The translations under genes were made by a program, and so were the position numbers. From an uncultured Oscillospiraceae bacterium (GTDB lineage Bacteria > Bacillota > Clostridia > Oscillospirales > Oscillospiraceae): 24,000 bases of DNA. How positions within the stretch are numbered: the first letter of the stretch is position 1; every line of letters starts with the position of its first letter. Location: NCBI GenBank assembly GCA_910585265.1, contig CAJUCA010000005.1, positions 11,343 to 35,342 of the forward strand, written 5' to 3'. Below the pieces are notes generated by a model that searched no databases, was not told where the DNA came from, and saw only the letters and a program-made list of their open reading frames with translations. Below, in pieces: positions 1 through 8,735 of this stretch.

Positions 1-599
1 CCCAGGGCATCAAGGGCAGCAACCTGTTCCGCACCGTGTTCTTTATGCCCAACCTCATCGGCGGCATTGTGCTGGGCTATATCTGGTCCATGATCTTCGA
101 CGGCATCCTCAGCCGCTGGTCCACCTCCATTCTGATGAACAGCAAATTCGGCTTCTGGGGGCTGATCATCCTCATGTGCTGGCAGCAGATCGGCTATATG
201 ATGATCATCTATATCGCCGGGCTCCAGAACGTCCCCGGCGAGATGCTGGAGGCCGCCCGCATCGACGGGGCCACCCGCTGGCAGACCCTGTTCAAAGTCA
301 CCATCCCCAACGTGATGCCCTCCATCACCATCTGTATGTTCCTGTCCCTCACCAACGGCTTCAAGCTGTTTGACCAGAACCTGGCCCTCACCGCCGGGCA
401 GCCCTTCACCATCATGCCCGACGGCTCCACCGTCAAGCAGACGGAGATGCTGGCCCTGAACATCTTCAACACCTTCAACACCCCCAGTGCCACGTCCCAG
501 GGCACCGCCCAGGCCAAGGCGGTTATCTTCTTCGTGCTGGTGGCGGGGCTGGGCCTGGCCCAGCTGGGCTATACCCGTAAAAGGGAGGTACAGCAGTGA
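1..599 (+). CDS. Sugar ABC transporter permease (MalF/UgpA-like), 5'-truncated by window edge
   Basis: Frame is open from base 3 (QGIKGSNLFRTVFFMPNLIGG...). Contains the EAAxIDGA-x10-FxxVTIP permease loop (EAARIDGATRWQTLFKVTIPNVMPS). Overlaps the next permease at the TGA/ATG junction. Confidence 0.93.
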   Translation, partial: QGIKGSNLFRTVFFMPNLIGGIVLGYIWSMIFDGILSRWSTSILMNSKFGFWGLIILMCWQQIGYMMIIYIAGLQNVPGEMLEAARIDGATRWQTLFKVTIPNVMPSITICMFLSLTNGFKLFDQNLALTAGQPFTIMPDGSTVKQTEMLALNIFNTFNTPSATSQGTAQAKAVIFFVLVAGLGLAQLGYTRKREVQQ

Positions 600-1456
600 T
601 GAACAAAAAAGCCATGTCCCCCGAACGCCGCCGGAAGGCCATCCTGTCCGTGACCCTGGCCGTGATCTGCGTCATCTACGTGCTGCCCGTGCTGGCGGTG
701 GCCATCAACTCCTTCAAGCTGAACACCTTTGTCAAGACCGACACATTCGCCCTGCCCACCGGCGAGATGTGGGCCGGGTTTGACAACTTCATCAAGGGCA
801 TGACCTTCGGCAACTACCCCTTCGCCGACAGCGTGAAGTACAGCGTGATCATCACCGTGCTGTCCACCGCCCTGATCCTGCTGTGCACCTCCATGGCGGC
901 ATGGTACATCGCCCGGGTGAACTCCTTCTTCTGCAAGGTGCTCTACTTCCTGTGCGTCTTCTCCATGGTGGTGCCCTTCCAGATGGTGATGTACACCCTG
1001 TCCAAGACCGCCGACAGGCTGAAGCTCAACACCCCCTGGACCATCCCCATCGTCTACCTGGGCTTCGGCGCGGGCCTCGCCATCTTCATGTTCGTGGGCT
1101 TCGTCAAGTCCATCCCCCTGGAGATCGAGGAGGCCGCCGCCATCGACGGCTGCGGGCCGCTGCGCACCTATTTCTCCGTGGTGCTTCCCATGCTGAAGCC
1201 CACCATGATCTCCGTGGGCATCCTGGAGATCATGTGGGTGTGGAACGACTACCTGCTCCCCTCCCTGGTGCTGAATATCACCAAATACCGCACCATCACC
1301 ATCCACATCCAGTACCTGAAGGGAAGCTACGGCACCGTGGACCTGGGGGCCACCATGGCCCTGATCCTGCTGTCCATCATCCCGGTGATCGTGTTCTACC
1401 TCACCTGCCAGAAGCACATCATCAAGGGCGTGGCCGCGGGCGCGGTGAAGGGTTAA
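599..1456 (+). CDS. Carbohydrate ABC transporter permease (MalG/UgpE-like)
   Basis: 286-aa ORF (GTG 596 or ATG 599), hydrophobic, with EEAAAIDGCGPLRTYFSVVLPMLKPT permease motif. Translationally overlaps the upstream permease. Confidence 0.94.
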   Translation: MNKKAMSPERRRKAILSVTLAVICVIYVLPVLAVAINSFKLNTFVKTDTFALPTGEMWAGFDNFIKGMTFGNYPFADSVKYSVIITVLSTALILLCTSMAAWYIARVNSFFCKVLYFLCVFSMVVPFQMVMYTLSKTADRLKLNTPWTIPIVYLGFGAGLAIFMFVGFVKSIPLEIEEAAAIDGCGPLRTYFSVVLPMLKPTMISVGILEIMWVWNDYLLPSLVLNITKYRTITIHIQYLKGSYGTVDLGATMALILLSIIPVIVFYLTCQKHIIKGVAAGAVKG

Positions 1457-1465
1457 TTCCCGCAA

Positions 1466-1593
1466 GCCTTCCCCCCACAGGGGGCGGATGAGGGGCGGTG
1501 GGTAGAGATACCCCGTCCAAGGCATGGGATCACCATGCGCACCCCCTTGCCGCACCCTTATCCGTCACGGCTTCCCCCTTCCAGGGGGAAGGC
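1466..1593. repeat. Interrupted inverted-repeat intergenic element (REP/BIME-like mosaic)
   Basis: Left arm 1466-1503 gccttccccccacagggggcggatgaggggcggtgggt. Reverse complement of right arm 1544-1593 reads gccttccccctggaagggggaagccgtgacggataagggtgcggcaaggggg. Central hairpin GCATGG(gatca)CCATGC at 1522-1538 and right-arm hairpin CTTCCCCCT(tcc)AGGGGGAAG at 1571-1591. Confidence 0.55.
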
Positions 1594-1618
1594 CAGTACC
1601 CGAACAGGAGGGATACCG

Positions 1619-2632
1619 ATGACCATCAAGGATATCGCGAAGCTGTCGGGCGTGGGTGTGGCCACCGTGTCCCGGGTGCTGAACCACCACCCCGACGTGT
1701 CCGAGGACACCCGGCGGAAGGTGCTGGCGGTGGTGGAGGAGCAGGGCTTCCAGCCCAACACCAACGCCAAGCACCTCAAGCAGCAGACCAGCGCGTCGGT
1801 GGCGGTGATCGTCAAGGGCACCATGAATATGCTGTTCGCCGACCTGGTGGAGCGGTGCCAGCAGCTTTTGCAGGACGCGGGCCGGGACGCGGCGGTGTAC
1901 TACCTGGACGAGGACGCCAACGAGGTGGCCTACGCCCTCCAGCTCTGCCGGGAGCGCAAGCCCCTGGGCATCCTGTTCCTGGGCGGCGATCTGGAGTTCT
2001 TCCAGGCGGAGTTCGGGGGCATCTCCGTGCCCTGCGTCCTGCTGACCAACTCCGCCCGGGAGCTGGACTTCCCCAACCTGTCCTCCCTCACCACCGACGA
2101 TGAGGAGGCCGCCCGGCAGGTGGTCCGCTTCCTGGCGGACCGGGGCCACCGGCACATCGGCCTGCTGGGCGGAAACTGGTCGTGCACCCAGATCAGCTAC
2201 CGCCGGGTCCGGGGCTGCCAGAAGGCCCTGGACGAGCTGGGCCTGCCCTTCGACCCCCGCTGCTGCGAGCCCTGCCGCTACTCCCTGCCCGACGCCTACG
2301 ACACCACCAAGCGTCTGCTGGCCCGGTGCCCGGAGCTCACCGCCCTGTTCTGCATCAGCGACGTGATGGCCATGGGGGCCATCCGGGCCATCCGGGACCT
2401 GGGCCGGAAGGTGCCGGAGGACGTGTCCGTGGTGGGGTACGACGGCATCCCCCTGTCCCAGTTCTCCGTCCCCCGGCTGGCCACCGTCCGGCAGGATACC
2501 CAGCGTCTGGCCGAGCAGGGGGTAGAGCTGCTGCTCCAGGGGCTTCAGCGGCCCTGCCGCCCCGTCCACGGCGTGGTCCCCTTCCAGCTCATACCCGGGG
2601 GGAGCGTAGCCCCGCCCCGGCCCCAGCCCTAA
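1619..2632 (+). CDS. LacI family transcriptional regulator
   Basis: MTIKDIAKLSGVGVATVSRVLNHHPDVSEDTRRKV N-terminal HTH, followed by a periplasmic-binding-like domain. SD-like caggaggg upstream. Confidence 0.95.
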   Translation: MTIKDIAKLSGVGVATVSRVLNHHPDVSEDTRRKVLAVVEEQGFQPNTNAKHLKQQTSASVAVIVKGTMNMLFADLVERCQQLLQDAGRDAAVYYLDEDANEVAYALQLCRERKPLGILFLGGDLEFFQAEFGGISVPCVLLTNSARELDFPNLSSLTTDDEEAARQVVRFLADRGHRHIGLLGGNWSCTQISYRRVRGCQKALDELGLPFDPRCCEPCRYSLPDAYDTTKRLLARCPELTALFCISDVMAMGAIRAIRDLGRKVPEDVSVVGYDGIPLSQFSVPRLATVRQDTQRLAEQGVELLLQGLQRPCRPVHGVVPFQLIPGGSVAPPRPQP

Positions 2633-2646
2633 CCTGACAAAACCCG

Positions 2647-2678
2647 AGCCGCCGGACCTGTTCCACGGTCCGGCGGCT
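2647..2678 (+). terminator. Hairpin between LacI gene and malQ
   Basis: agccgccggacc(tgttccac)ggtccggcggct, perfect 12-bp stem, followed by only a short T run. Confidence 0.55.
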
Positions 2679-2701
2679 TTGACGAAAGGTGGAACCTTCT
2701 G

Positions 2702-4186
2702 ATGCGATCCGCCGGCATTTTAATGCCCATCTCCTCCCTGCCCTCCCCCTGCGGCATCGGCTCCCTGGGGCAGGCCGCCCGGGACTTTGTGGACTTCCTG
2801 GCCGCCGCCGGGCAGTCCTACTGGCAGATCCTGCCCATCTGCCCCACCAGCTACGGGGACTCCCCCTACCAGTCCTTCTCCTCCTTTGCCGGAAACCCCT
2901 ATTTCATCGACCTGGACACCCTGGCGGACTGGGGCTTTCTGGAGCCGTCCGATTACCGGGACATTGACTGGGGAAGCGACCCTTCCAAAGTGGACTACGG
3001 GCTGATGTACCGGGAGCGGTTCGCCGTCCTGCGCAAGGCCTGTGCCCGGATGGGCCGGGGGGACCTGTTCGAGCTGCGGGGCGTCCTCCCCAACGCCCGC
3101 TGGCTGGACGACTACGCCCTGTTCATGGCCCTCAAGGACAAATTCGGCGGGGCGTCCTGGTTCCAGTGGCCGGAGGAGCTGCGGCGGCGTGACCCCGCCG
3201 CCCTGCGTGCCGCCAAACAGGAGCTGCGGGAGGACATCCGGTTCTGGACCACAGTCCAGCTCCTCTTTTTCAACCAGTGGTGGAATCTGAAGGAGTACGC
3301 CAACGGGAAGGGTGTGTCCATCATCGGCGACCTGCCCATCTACGTGGCGGGGGACAGCGCGGACGTGTGGGCCAACCGGACCCAGTTCCAGCTGGACGAA
3401 AACCTCCTCCCCACCGAGGTGGCCGGCTGTCCCCCCGACGGCTTCGCCGCCGACGGCCAGCTCTGGGGCAACCCCCTCTTTGACTGGGAACGGATGCGGG
3501 AGGACGGCTACCAGTGGTGGCTGGAGCGCGTGGCCTTCCAGCTGGAGATCTATGACGTGCTGCGCATCGACCACTTCCGGGGCTTCGAGTCCTATTACGC
3601 CATCCCCTACGGGGAGGCTACCGCCAAAAACGGCCGCTGGCGTCCCGGCCCCGGCCTGGACTTCTTCCGGGCCGTCCACGAAAAGCTGGGGCGGCAGAAC
3701 ATCATCGCCGAGGACCTGGGCTTCCTCACCGACCCGGTGCGGGAGCTGCTGCGGGAGACGGGCTACCCCGGCATGAAGGTGCTGGAGCTGGCCTTTGACA
3801 GCCGGGACCCCGCCCCCGGCTACCTGCCCCACTGCTACCCCGCCAACTGCGTGGCCTACCCCGGCACCCACGACAACGACACCATCCTGGGCTGGCTGGC
3901 CCACGCCGACCCCAAAGACGCCGCCTTCGCCAAGGCGTACCTGCGCCTGAACCGGCGGGAGGGCTACCACTGGGGCATGATCCGCGCCGCCTGGGCCTCC
4001 CCGGCGGATCTGGCGGTGATCCAGGCCCAGGATCTGCTGGGCCTGGGCAGCGAGGCCCGGATGAACACCCCCTCCACCCTGGGGGGGAACTGGCAGTGGC
4101 GGGCCCTGCCCGGGGCCTTCCCTCCCCGCCTGGCCCGCCGCCTGCGCCGGGAGATGGAGGTATACCAGCGCGCCCCCCGGCCCTGA
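2702..4186 (+). CDS. malQ: 4-alpha-glucanotransferase (amylomaltase, GH77)
   Basis: 494 aa. MRSAGILMPISSLPSPCGIGSLGQAARDFVDFLAAAGQSYWQILPICPTSYGDSPYQSFSSFAGNPYFIDL; IDHFRGFESYYAIPYG; AEDLGFLTDPVRELL; YPGTHDNDT are typical GH77 motifs. Confidence 0.97.
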   Translation: MRSAGILMPISSLPSPCGIGSLGQAARDFVDFLAAAGQSYWQILPICPTSYGDSPYQSFSSFAGNPYFIDLDTLADWGFLEPSDYRDIDWGSDPSKVDYGLMYRERFAVLRKACARMGRGDLFELRGVLPNARWLDDYALFMALKDKFGGASWFQWPEELRRRDPAALRAAKQELREDIRFWTTVQLLFFNQWWNLKEYANGKGVSIIGDLPIYVAGDSADVWANRTQFQLDENLLPTEVAGCPPDGFAADGQLWGNPLFDWERMREDGYQWWLERVAFQLEIYDVLRIDHFRGFESYYAIPYGEATAKNGRWRPGPGLDFFRAVHEKLGRQNIIAEDLGFLTDPVRELLRETGYPGMKVLELAFDSRDPAPGYLPHCYPANCVAYPGTHDNDTILGWLAHADPKDAAFAKAYLRLNRREGYHWGMIRAAWASPADLAVIQAQDLLGLGSEARMNTPSTLGGNWQWRALPGAFPPRLARRLRREMEVYQRAPRP

Positions 4187-4195
4187 CCCGCGCAA

Positions 4196-4229
4196 AACGG
4201 CCCCGCCCTCCAATGAGAGCGGGGCCGTT
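4196..4229. terminator. Hairpin terminator between convergent malQ and hydrolase genes
   Basis: aacggccccgc ... gcggggccgtt perfect 11-bp stem. Followed on the minus strand by TTTT. Confidence 0.65.
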
Positions 4230-4232
4230 CCA

Positions 4233-5183
4233 TTATCCCATATGCTTGCCGAGGAACCCCTCCACCGTGGCCCAGTACGTCTCCGGAGCCACGCCGGACG
4301 CCTCCCCGTGGGCCGCGCCGGGGACGGACAGCTTCTCCTTGTCCGGGCTGGCGCACGCATCATACACCACGTCCAGCATCCAATAGGGCACGAAGTCGTC
4401 CTCCTCCCCGTGGATGAACAGGATGGGCAGGCTGGTCTTTGCCACCTGATCCGCCGCCGACGCCTCCTTGAAGCCGTACCCCGCCCGGATCTGGGTCACC
4501 AGGGAGGCCGCGTCCAGCACCGGGAAGGCGGGCAGGCCAAACATCTCCTTCAGCTGCCCCGCGAACTCGTCCCACACGGAGGAGTAGCCGCAGTCCTCAA
4601 TGACGCACTTCACCGCGGGGGACAGATCCTCCTCCCCGGCGGTCATCATCACCGTGGCCCCGCCCATGGACACGCCGAACAGCACCACCTCCGCCTGGGG
4701 GTCCTGCTCCACGATGGCGTCCACCCAGTCCACAATGTCCCGCCGCTCCGGCCAGCCCATTCCGGCGTACCGCCCCCCGCTGCGCTCATGTGAGCGGGCG
4801 GCGGGGGCCAGCACGCTGTACCCCATCTCGTAAAACTTCGCGGCGAACTTGCCCCCGTACTGGGGGATGGAGCCATAGCCGTGGCAGACCACGGCGTATT
4901 GGTGGCTGCCCTCCCGGGGAAGATAGAGGGCGTGAAGCTCCAGCCCGTCGTGGCTGGTGAGCCAGCGGTCCTCACTGTGCCCGGCAAACCAGGCGTACTC
5001 CCCCTCCAGCTCCAGGTTGTCCAGGTCATGGGCACTGAGCATACCGCCCCCCTGGGGGTCCAGGGCGAAGCGGAACAGGTAGTTCCCGGCGAAGGCCAGC
5101 CCTCCCGCCGCCAGCACCAGCAGGACCGCCAGGGCGATGAGGGCAATTTTCAGCCCCCGGCGTTTTTTCCCGACCTTCTCCAT
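4233..5183 (-). CDS. Alpha/beta hydrolase with N-terminal membrane anchor/signal
   Basis: 316 aa. N-terminal hydrophobic segment LKIALIALAVLLVLAAGGLAFAG, GFSMGG-like nucleophile elbow (LFGVSMGGATVMM) and late His (VPGAAHGEA). Confidence 0.88.
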   Translation of the reverse strand: MEKVGKKRRGLKIALIALAVLLVLAAGGLAFAGNYLFRFALDPQGGGMLSAHDLDNLELEGEYAWFAGHSEDRWLTSHDGLELHALYLPREGSHQYAVVCHGYGSIPQYGGKFAAKFYEMGYSVLAPAARSHERSGGRYAGMGWPERRDIVDWVDAIVEQDPQAEVVLFGVSMGGATVMMTAGEEDLSPAVKCVIEDCGYSSVWDEFAGQLKEMFGLPAFPVLDAASLVTQIRAGYGFKEASAADQVAKTSLPILFIHGEEDDFVPYWMLDVVYDACASPDKEKLSVPGAAHGEASGVAPETYWATVEGFLGKHMG

Positions 5184-5186
5184 GGC

Positions 5187-6353
5187 TTACACCGCCCCGG
5201 CCATGGCCTTTGCCAGCTCCCCCATCTGCGCCCGGTTTTCCTCCGTGGCGGCGGAGCGAATGGTGATTTTCGGCTCCAGGATGGTCAGGCCCTTCATGGC
5301 CTCCAGCTCGCCCAGCATGGTTCTCAGGGCGGTGGGGCCCCAGGAGCCGTTCTCCATCAGGCCCACGGCCCGGTCCCGGAAGCCCTTGTGCTTCAGCCGG
5401 GCCAGGAACTGGGCCATGGGCGGGAACACCCCCCCGTCGTAGCTGGACGCCGCCAGCACCAGCCCGCTGTACCGGAAGGCCCCGGCCACCGCCTCCGCCC
5501 AGTCCCGGCGGGTGAGGTCCATGGCCTCCACCGCCAGCCCCTGGGCCTTCAGCAGCTCCGCCAGCTCCAGGGCGGCCCGGGCGGTGTTCCCGTGGATGGA
5601 GGCGTAGGCCACCAGCACGCCCTTCTCCTCCGGGACATAGCGGCTCCAGAGATCGTACTTCTCCAGGGCCAGGGTCAGCCCCTCCCCGGACAGCACCGGG
5701 CCGTGGAGGGGGCACACCCGCTTGATGTCCAACGCCGCCGCCTTTTTCAGCAGGGCCTGCACCTGTACGCCGTACTTGCCCACAATGTTCAGGTAGTACC
5801 GTCGCCCCTCGTCCACCCAGGGGGAGTCCGGGTCGGCGTCCCCGAAGCGGCCGAAGCCGTCGGCGGAGAACAGGGTGCCGCTGGCCTTCTCAAAGGACAG
5901 CATCACCTCCGGCCAGTGCACCATGGGGGCCATGGTGAACGCCAGGGTGTGCTCCCCCAGGGACAGCTCCTCCCCCTCCTTCACCACCAGGGCCCGATCC
6001 CCGTAGTCCAGCCCGGTGAAGGCCGCCAGCATGGGGAAGGTCTTGGCGTTGCCCACCAGCTTCATGTCCGGGTACTTGTCCGCCAGGACGCGGACGCCGC
6101 CCGCGTGATCCGGCTCCATGTGGTGGATCACCAGGTAATCTGGGGCGCGGCCCTCCAGGATCTCCTCCAGGTTGGCCAGCCACTCCTCCAGCTTCCGGGA
6201 GTCCACCGTGTCCAGCACCGCCGCCTTCTCGTCCAGGATCACCCAGGAGTTGTAGCTGACGCCGTTGGGCACGGCGTACTGGCTTTCAAACAGATCCAAA
6301 TCCCCGTCGAAGCAGCCCGCCGGGCGGATTGCCGGGTCAAATGTGGTATTCAT
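5187..6353 (-). CDS. Flavodiiron protein / FprA-family A-type flavoprotein
   Basis: 388 aa. Metallo-beta-lactamase-type di-iron motif HHMEPDHAGG, plus C-terminal flavodoxin-like domain (VLVAYASIHGNTARAALELAELL...LMENGSWGP). Confidence 0.93.
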   Translation of the reverse strand: MNTTFDPAIRPAGCFDGDLDLFESQYAVPNGVSYNSWVILDEKAAVLDTVDSRKLEEWLANLEEILEGRAPDYLVIHHMEPDHAGGVRVLADKYPDMKLVGNAKTFPMLAAFTGLDYGDRALVVKEGEELSLGEHTLAFTMAPMVHWPEVMLSFEKASGTLFSADGFGRFGDADPDSPWVDEGRRYYLNIVGKYGVQVQALLKKAAALDIKRVCPLHGPVLSGEGLTLALEKYDLWSRYVPEEKGVLVAYASIHGNTARAALELAELLKAQGLAVEAMDLTRRDWAEAVAGAFRYSGLVLAASSYDGGVFPPMAQFLARLKHKGFRDRAVGLMENGSWGPTALRTMLGELEAMKGLTILEPKITIRSAATEENRAQMGELAKAMAGAV

Positions 6354-6463
6354 TACAGGTCACTGCCTTCCTTAAAATATGGTGTAGGTTGATCTCCCCC
6401 GATCTTACTATGGACGGCCCCTCCCGTCAAGCGGCAATTTGCCCAGATCCCGGCGGTTTTCCC

Positions 6464-6492
6464 TTGACTTTCCCAAGCGGCTCTGCTATGAT
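6464..6492 (+). promoter_or_regulatory. Sigma-A type promoter for degV-family gene
   Basis: TTGACT (6464-6469), 17-bp spacer, TATGAT (6487-6492). Confidence 0.7.
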
Positions 6493-6526
6493 GTGATTAT
6501 CAATATGATGTTTGGGGTTTTTTTGT

Positions 6527-7363
6527 ATGAGCTTTAAAATCATTGTTGACAGCTGCTGTGACCTCAGCCCCGAGGTGCTGTCCACCGGGGTGTACCAGAG
6601 CATCCCCCTCACCATCCACGTGGGGGACAGCGAGTTCCGGGACGATGAAACCCTCCGCACCGAGGTGCTGGTGGACGCCATGGCCATGTGCCAGGAGGCG
6701 TCCCACACCGCCTGCCCCGCCCCGGCGGAGTATCTGGCGGCCTACGAGGCGGCGGAGGGGGACGTGTACGTGGTCACCCTGTCCGCCCTGCTGTCCGGCT
6801 CCCACAACAGCGCGTGGCAGGCCGCCCAGATCTTCCGGGAGGAGCACCCGGACCGGAACATCCACGTGTTCAACTCCTGCTCCGCCTCCGCCGGGGAGAC
6901 CCACATCGCCCTGGCCCTGTCCAAGCTGGCCTCCTCCGGAATGCCCTTCGGGGAGGTGGTGGCAGAGATGGACCGCCGCATCGCCCAGATGAACACCCTG
7001 TTCGTGCTGGAGAACCTGGACGTGCTGCGCAAGGCCGGGCGGCTCACCCGGGTGCAGTCCCTGGTCACCGGCGCGCTGCGGGTGAAGCTGGTGATGGGCT
7101 CCACCCCCCAGGGGGAGATCATGCGCCACGGACAGGCCCTGTCCATCAAGCAGGCCCTGAACAAGCTGTGCGCCATCATGGCGGCGGACCAGCGGCACCG
7201 GGGCCGGCTCCTGTGCATCTCCCACTGCCTGTGCCGGGAGCGGGCGGAGTACCTGCGGGCCCTGGCCTTCAAGACCTGCGACTTCGCCGACGTGCGCATT
7301 GAGGAGGCCCGGGGGATCAGCTCCTTCTACGCCAACTCCGGGGGCATTGTGGCGGCGTATTGA
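6527..7363 (+). CDS. DegV family fatty-acid-binding protein
   Basis: MSFKIIVDSCCDLSPEVLSTGVYQSIPLTIHVGDSEFRDD...TLSALLSGSHNSAWQAAQI is characteristic of DegV proteins. Confidence 0.93.
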   Translation: MSFKIIVDSCCDLSPEVLSTGVYQSIPLTIHVGDSEFRDDETLRTEVLVDAMAMCQEASHTACPAPAEYLAAYEAAEGDVYVVTLSALLSGSHNSAWQAAQIFREEHPDRNIHVFNSCSASAGETHIALALSKLASSGMPFGEVVAEMDRRIAQMNTLFVLENLDVLRKAGRLTRVQSLVTGALRVKLVMGSTPQGEIMRHGQALSIKQALNKLCAIMAADQRHRGRLLCISHCLCRERAEYLRALAFKTCDFADVRIEEARGISSFYANSGGIVAAY

Positions 7364-7381
7364 GCAAATTGAATCAAGACG

Positions 7382-7416
7382 GGGCCGCGGAGGACAGTGC
7401 CGCGGCCCTTTTCTTT
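7382..7416 (+). terminator. Rho-independent terminator downstream of degV-family gene
   Basis: gggccgcgg(aggacagtg)ccgcggccc followed by ttttcttt. Confidence 0.75.
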
Positions 7417-7459
7417 CGCAAGTCTTAAAAAACTTTCCCTTCCCACAGGGGGCACTCTA

Positions 7460-7468
7460 TGTTATAAT
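7460..7468 (+). promoter_or_regulatory. Extended -10 promoter element for glf
   Basis: TGtTATAAT (extended -10). A weak -35 candidate TTCCCA lies 17 bp upstream. Confidence 0.5.
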
Positions 7469-7529
7469 TGCGATATCATTTGGCAAACTAAGGCGGGCGG
7501 GCCGCGCCCGTCCACAACAGAAAGCTGGG

Positions 7530-8732
7530 ATGAATTTGATGCAGTATGACGCGCTGGTGGTGGGCGCGGGCTACGCCGGGGCCATCACCGCCCGCCGCCT
7601 GGCGGAGGATGGCGGTAAAAAGGTGCTGGTGCTGGAGCGCCGCCCCCACGTGGCCGGCAACGCCTACGACTGCCCCGACGCAGCCGGGGTGCTGATCCAC
7701 CAGTACGGCCCCCATATCTTCCACACCAACGACAGGCGGGTGTTCGACTACCTGTCCCGGTTCACCAAATGGCGGCGTTACCAGCACCGGGTGATCGCCA
7801 ACCTGCCCCGGGATAATCCCGAGGTGGTGCCGGCCCACAAGACCACGGACGGGCGCTTCTTCTTCCCCGTCCCCTTCAACCTGGACTCCATGAAGAACGC
7901 CTTCGGCATGGAGGAGGGGAAGCGGCTGGGTCAAAAGCTGCTGGACGCCTACCCCGCCCAGAGCCAGGTTACCATCCTGGAGCTGCGGCAGAACCCCGAC
8001 CCGGAGATCGCCGCCATCGCGGACTATGTGTATGAGCACGTATTCGTCCACTACACCATGAAGCAGTGGGGGCAGAAGCCGGAGGACATCGACCCCAACA
8101 CCACCGCCCGGGTGCCGGTGCGCCTGTCCAGGGATGGCCGGTATTTCCAAGACGCCTATCAGGGGATGCCCCTGGAGGGCTATACCCCCATGTTTGAGCG
8201 GATGCTGGATCACCCCAACATCACGCTGGAGCTGAACACGGACGCGCTGAAGCGGCTGAAGCTGGAGGACGGCAGGATTCTGCTGGACGGCGAACCCTTC
8301 GGCGGCACCGTGATCTACACCGGGCAGGCCGACGAGCTGTTTGGCTTCCGGTTCGGCCCCCTGCCCTACCGCACCCTGGACTTCGGGTTCGAGACCCTGC
8401 CGCAGGACGCATTCCAGACCCACGGCACGGTGAACTATACCGTGGATCAGCCCTACACCCGCATCACCGAATTCAAGCACCTCACCGGGCAGGAGAAGCC
8501 GGATGCCACCACCATCATGAAGGAGTACTCCAAAGCCTGCACGGGGGCGGACGGCGAGATCCCCTATTACGCCATCATCAACCCGGAAAACAACGCCCTG
8601 TACGCCAAATACCAGGCGGAGGCGGACAAATTCCCCGGCCTGCGCCTGCTGGGCCGTCTGGCGGAGTACAAATACTATAACATGGACGCCATCGCCGCAA
8701 GGGCATTGACCCTCACAGACGGTATGCTTTGA
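7530..8732 (+). CDS. glf: UDP-galactopyranose mutase
   Basis: MNLMQYDALVVGAGYAGAITARRLAEDGGKKVLVLERRPHVAGNAYD...HQYGPHIFHTNDRRVFDYLSRFTKW...EYKYYNMDAIAARAL matches UGM family motifs. Start could alternatively be ATG 7539. Confidence 0.97.
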   Translation: MNLMQYDALVVGAGYAGAITARRLAEDGGKKVLVLERRPHVAGNAYDCPDAAGVLIHQYGPHIFHTNDRRVFDYLSRFTKWRRYQHRVIANLPRDNPEVVPAHKTTDGRFFFPVPFNLDSMKNAFGMEEGKRLGQKLLDAYPAQSQVTILELRQNPDPEIAAIADYVYEHVFVHYTMKQWGQKPEDIDPNTTARVPVRLSRDGRYFQDAYQGMPLEGYTPMFERMLDHPNITLELNTDALKRLKLEDGRILLDGEPFGGTVIYTGQADELFGFRFGPLPYRTLDFGFETLPQDAFQTHGTVNYTVDQPYTRITEFKHLTGQEKPDATTIMKEYSKACTGADGEIPYYAIINPENNALYAKYQAEADKFPGLRLLGRLAEYKYYNMDAIAARALTLTDGML

Positions 8733-8735
8733 AAA

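Noticed and set aside
4881-6392. 503-aa plus-strand ORF opposite the flavodiiron protein
   Set aside because: Compositionally biased antisense ORF. The minus-strand product carries the full diiron and flavodoxin motifs.
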